Source: Oscillospiraceae bacterium
Lineage (GTDB): Bacteria; Bacillota; Clostridia; Oscillospirales; CAG-272
Assembly (NCBI GenBank): GCA_015065335.1
Contig: SVQM01000003.1
Location: 1-46,459 of the forward strand
Reading direction: 5' to 3'
Length of the DNA: 46,459 nt
In this document: positions 44,735 to 46,459 of the stretch, one piece after another
How positions within the stretch are numbered: position 1 is the stretch's first letter
Layout of the letters: each line of letters opens with the position of its first letter
The notes under the pieces: generated by a model
What the model was told of the DNA's origin: nothing
Seen by the model: the letters and a program-made list of their open reading frames with translations, nothing else
The model's database searches: none
Translations under genes and position numbers: made by a program

Positions 44735-46078
44735 ATGACGGAAAAGATCATGGACCAGATCGAAGAACTTTTTGAAAATAAGGATTACGCATCCCTCAGG
44801 CGTATTATGGAGGATGAAGAACCGGCGGACGTTGCTGCGGTTCTGAATGAGGTTCGCACGGAAGAAGCACTACTTCTTTTCCGCATAATCCCGAAGGACC
44901 TTGCGGCGGAGACATTTGTCGAGATGGACTCGGATCTTCAGCGTTCCTTCATCGAGAAATTCAGTGACCGAGAGATCACGGAAATGCTTGACGAGATGTT
45001 CGTGGACGATACTGTCGATATCATCGAGGAGATGCCTGCGAACGTGGTTAGACGAATCCTTGCGAATTCATCCCCCGAAACGAGATCACAGATAAATCAG
45101 ATCCTTAAATATCCCAAGGATAGTGCAGGCTCAATTATGACGACGGAGTTTGTGGAGCTCCGACCTCACACTACAGTTGAGGAGGCTTTTGAGCGTATCC
45201 GTGTAACGGGACTTGATAAGGAGACTATCTACACCTGCTACGTGACCGATGACAGCCGTGAGCTTATTGGTGTCGTTACCGTAAAGGATATGATCCTCGG
45301 CGGAAACGGAGTAGAAGTCGGCGATATTATGGAGACATCCATCATATCCGCAGATACTCACATGGATAAAGAGGAAGTCGTAAAGCTTCTTGATAAATAT
45401 GATTTTCTTGCTCTTCCCGTGGTAGATACCGAGGGACGACTTGTAGGTATCATAACCTTCGACGATGCGATGGACGTCATGAGGGAAGAGGATACCGAGG
45501 ATATGGAGAAAATGGCAGCGATCACACCTACGGAAAAGCCTTATCTCCGTACAGGGATCTTTGAGACATTTTTCAGCCGTGTGCCGTGGCTTCTTCTGCT
45601 CATGGTGTCGGCAACTCTTTCAAGTAATATTCTTCTTCATTATGAAAGCGCACTTGCCGTACAGGCAGCCCTCACTGCGTATATTCCCATGATAATGGGT
45701 ACGGGCGGTAATGCGGGAAGTCAGGCATCCGTAACGATCATCCGAGGACTCTCGCTGGGTGATATTGAGATGAGAGACATTATAAGGGTAATCTGGAAAG
45801 AGATACGTGTATCTGTGCTTTGCGGTATTACTCTTGCGGCGGTGAATTTCGGAAAAATGATGATCTTTGACGGTGTCGGAGTTCTTGTTGCGGCGGCTGT
45901 CAGCGTTACTCTTGTGCTTACTGTGATCATCGCAAAGGTCGCAGGCTGCTCACTTCCCATAATCGTAAAGAGGATCGGACTTGATCCGGCAGTAATGGCA
46001 AGCCCGTTCATAACGACTATCGTTGACTGTATCTCACTTCTCGTCTATGTAAATGCAGCAGGACTTATGCTTTCATAA
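44735..46078 (+). CDS. mgtE: Magnesium transporter MgtE
   Basis: MgtE N-domain, YPKDSAGSIMTTEF, a CBS pair, GTGGNAGSQ and DPAVMASPFITTIVD; alternative GTG start at 44726. Confidence 0.95.
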   Translation: MTEKIMDQIEELFENKDYASLRRIMEDEEPADVAAVLNEVRTEEALLLFRIIPKDLAAETFVEMDSDLQRSFIEKFSDREITEMLDEMFVDDTVDIIEEMPANVVRRILANSSPETRSQINQILKYPKDSAGSIMTTEFVELRPHTTVEEAFERIRVTGLDKETIYTCYVTDDSRELIGVVTVKDMILGGNGVEVGDIMETSIISADTHMDKEEVVKLLDKYDFLALPVVDTEGRLVGIITFDDAMDVMREEDTEDMEKMAAITPTEKPYLRTGIFETFFSRVPWLLLLMVSATLSSNILLHYESALAVQAALTAYIPMIMGTGGNAGSQASVTIIRGLSLGDIEMRDIIRVIWKEIRVSVLCGITLAAVNFGKMMIFDGVGVLVAAAVSVTLVLTVIIAKVAGCSLPIIVKRIGLDPAVMASPFITTIVDCISLLVYVNAAGLMLS

Positions 46079-46091
46079 GTGTGGTTGTGTC

Positions 46092-46120
46092 TTGACAAAA
46101 CGTGTGAATGATAATATAAT
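46092..46120 (+). promoter_or_regulatory. Consensus sigma-A promoter
   Basis: TTGACA-17 nt-TATAAT upstream of the FGGY kinase. Confidence 0.75.
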
Positions 46121-46167
46121 TGATAAGGCAAATGATGCCAAAATAAAGGGTGACTTCGGAGGGAATT

Positions 46168-46459
46168 ATGTATATCGGAATCGATCTCGGAACAACGGGC
46201 TGTAAGGCTGTATTATACGATTCCGAGGGCAGTGTCCTCTCTGAGTTTAATAAAGAATATTCCCTCATTTGCAGGGATGGCCTCGTTGAACAGGACGCCG
46301 AGATGTGGTGGAGCCTTGTCACCGAGGCGCTCCTGTTTGTGACAAAGGAGCATGGCGGTGACGGTGTGAGGGGAATTTCCGTCAGTACTCAGGGGATCGC
46401 TGTGGTTCCCGTGGATGCAGAGGGACACACTCTTGCCAATGCAATAAGCTGGCTGGATG
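46168..46459 (+). CDS. FGGY-family carbohydrate kinase (xylulokinase-like), 3' end runs off the window
   Basis: ATG after GGAGGG; MYIGIDLGTTGCKAVLYD...VEQDAEMWW...GISVSTQG...PVDAEG..L.NAISWLD. Confidence 0.88.
   Translation, partial: MYIGIDLGTTGCKAVLYDSEGSVLSEFNKEYSLICRDGLVEQDAEMWWSLVTEALLFVTKEHGGDGVRGISVSTQGIAVVPVDAEGHTLANAISWLD

Noticed and set aside
1-46459. tRNA/rRNA genes, prophage, IS transposases, cas or defence genes
   Set aside because: No such sequence or protein motifs were recognised; nearly all long ORFs are accounted for by other families.

Overview
Chromosomal window from a spore-forming Clostridia-like Firmicute (about 45-50% GC; T-box, sigma-G-type promoter, SpoVAF/GerA, ytfI-ytfJ-dacB, dockerins). 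Housekeeping content: partial GH3 beta-glucosidase, spore germination protein, mini-RNase III, MoxR-DUF58-transglutaminase operon, rubrerythrin, T-box-pheS-pheT, lon-engB-site-2 protease-scpA-scpB-ytfI-ytfJ-dacB-rluB-hyp-glycerate kinase-phosphoesterase-MFS, EreA-like/GNAT/rqcH, DUF3343-cysteine desulfurase, pepD, ispD-ispF, rpe-mgtE and a partial FGGY kinase. Accessory content: three secreted proteins with similar C-terminal dockerins (two BspA-like LRR proteins and one phosphodiester glycosidase-like protein; no cohesin seen), an XRE-TPR regulator, and three families of REP-like intergenic palindromes with no transposase in the window. The most interesting unexplained signals are a ~180-nt structured leader in front of the first LRR-dockerin gene that can fold into mutually exclusive structures (candidate attenuator), the mosaic dockerin-tagged LRR genes, and REP-like elements bracketing the more AT-rich accessory genes. 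All calls were made by eye from motifs; no database searches were run.
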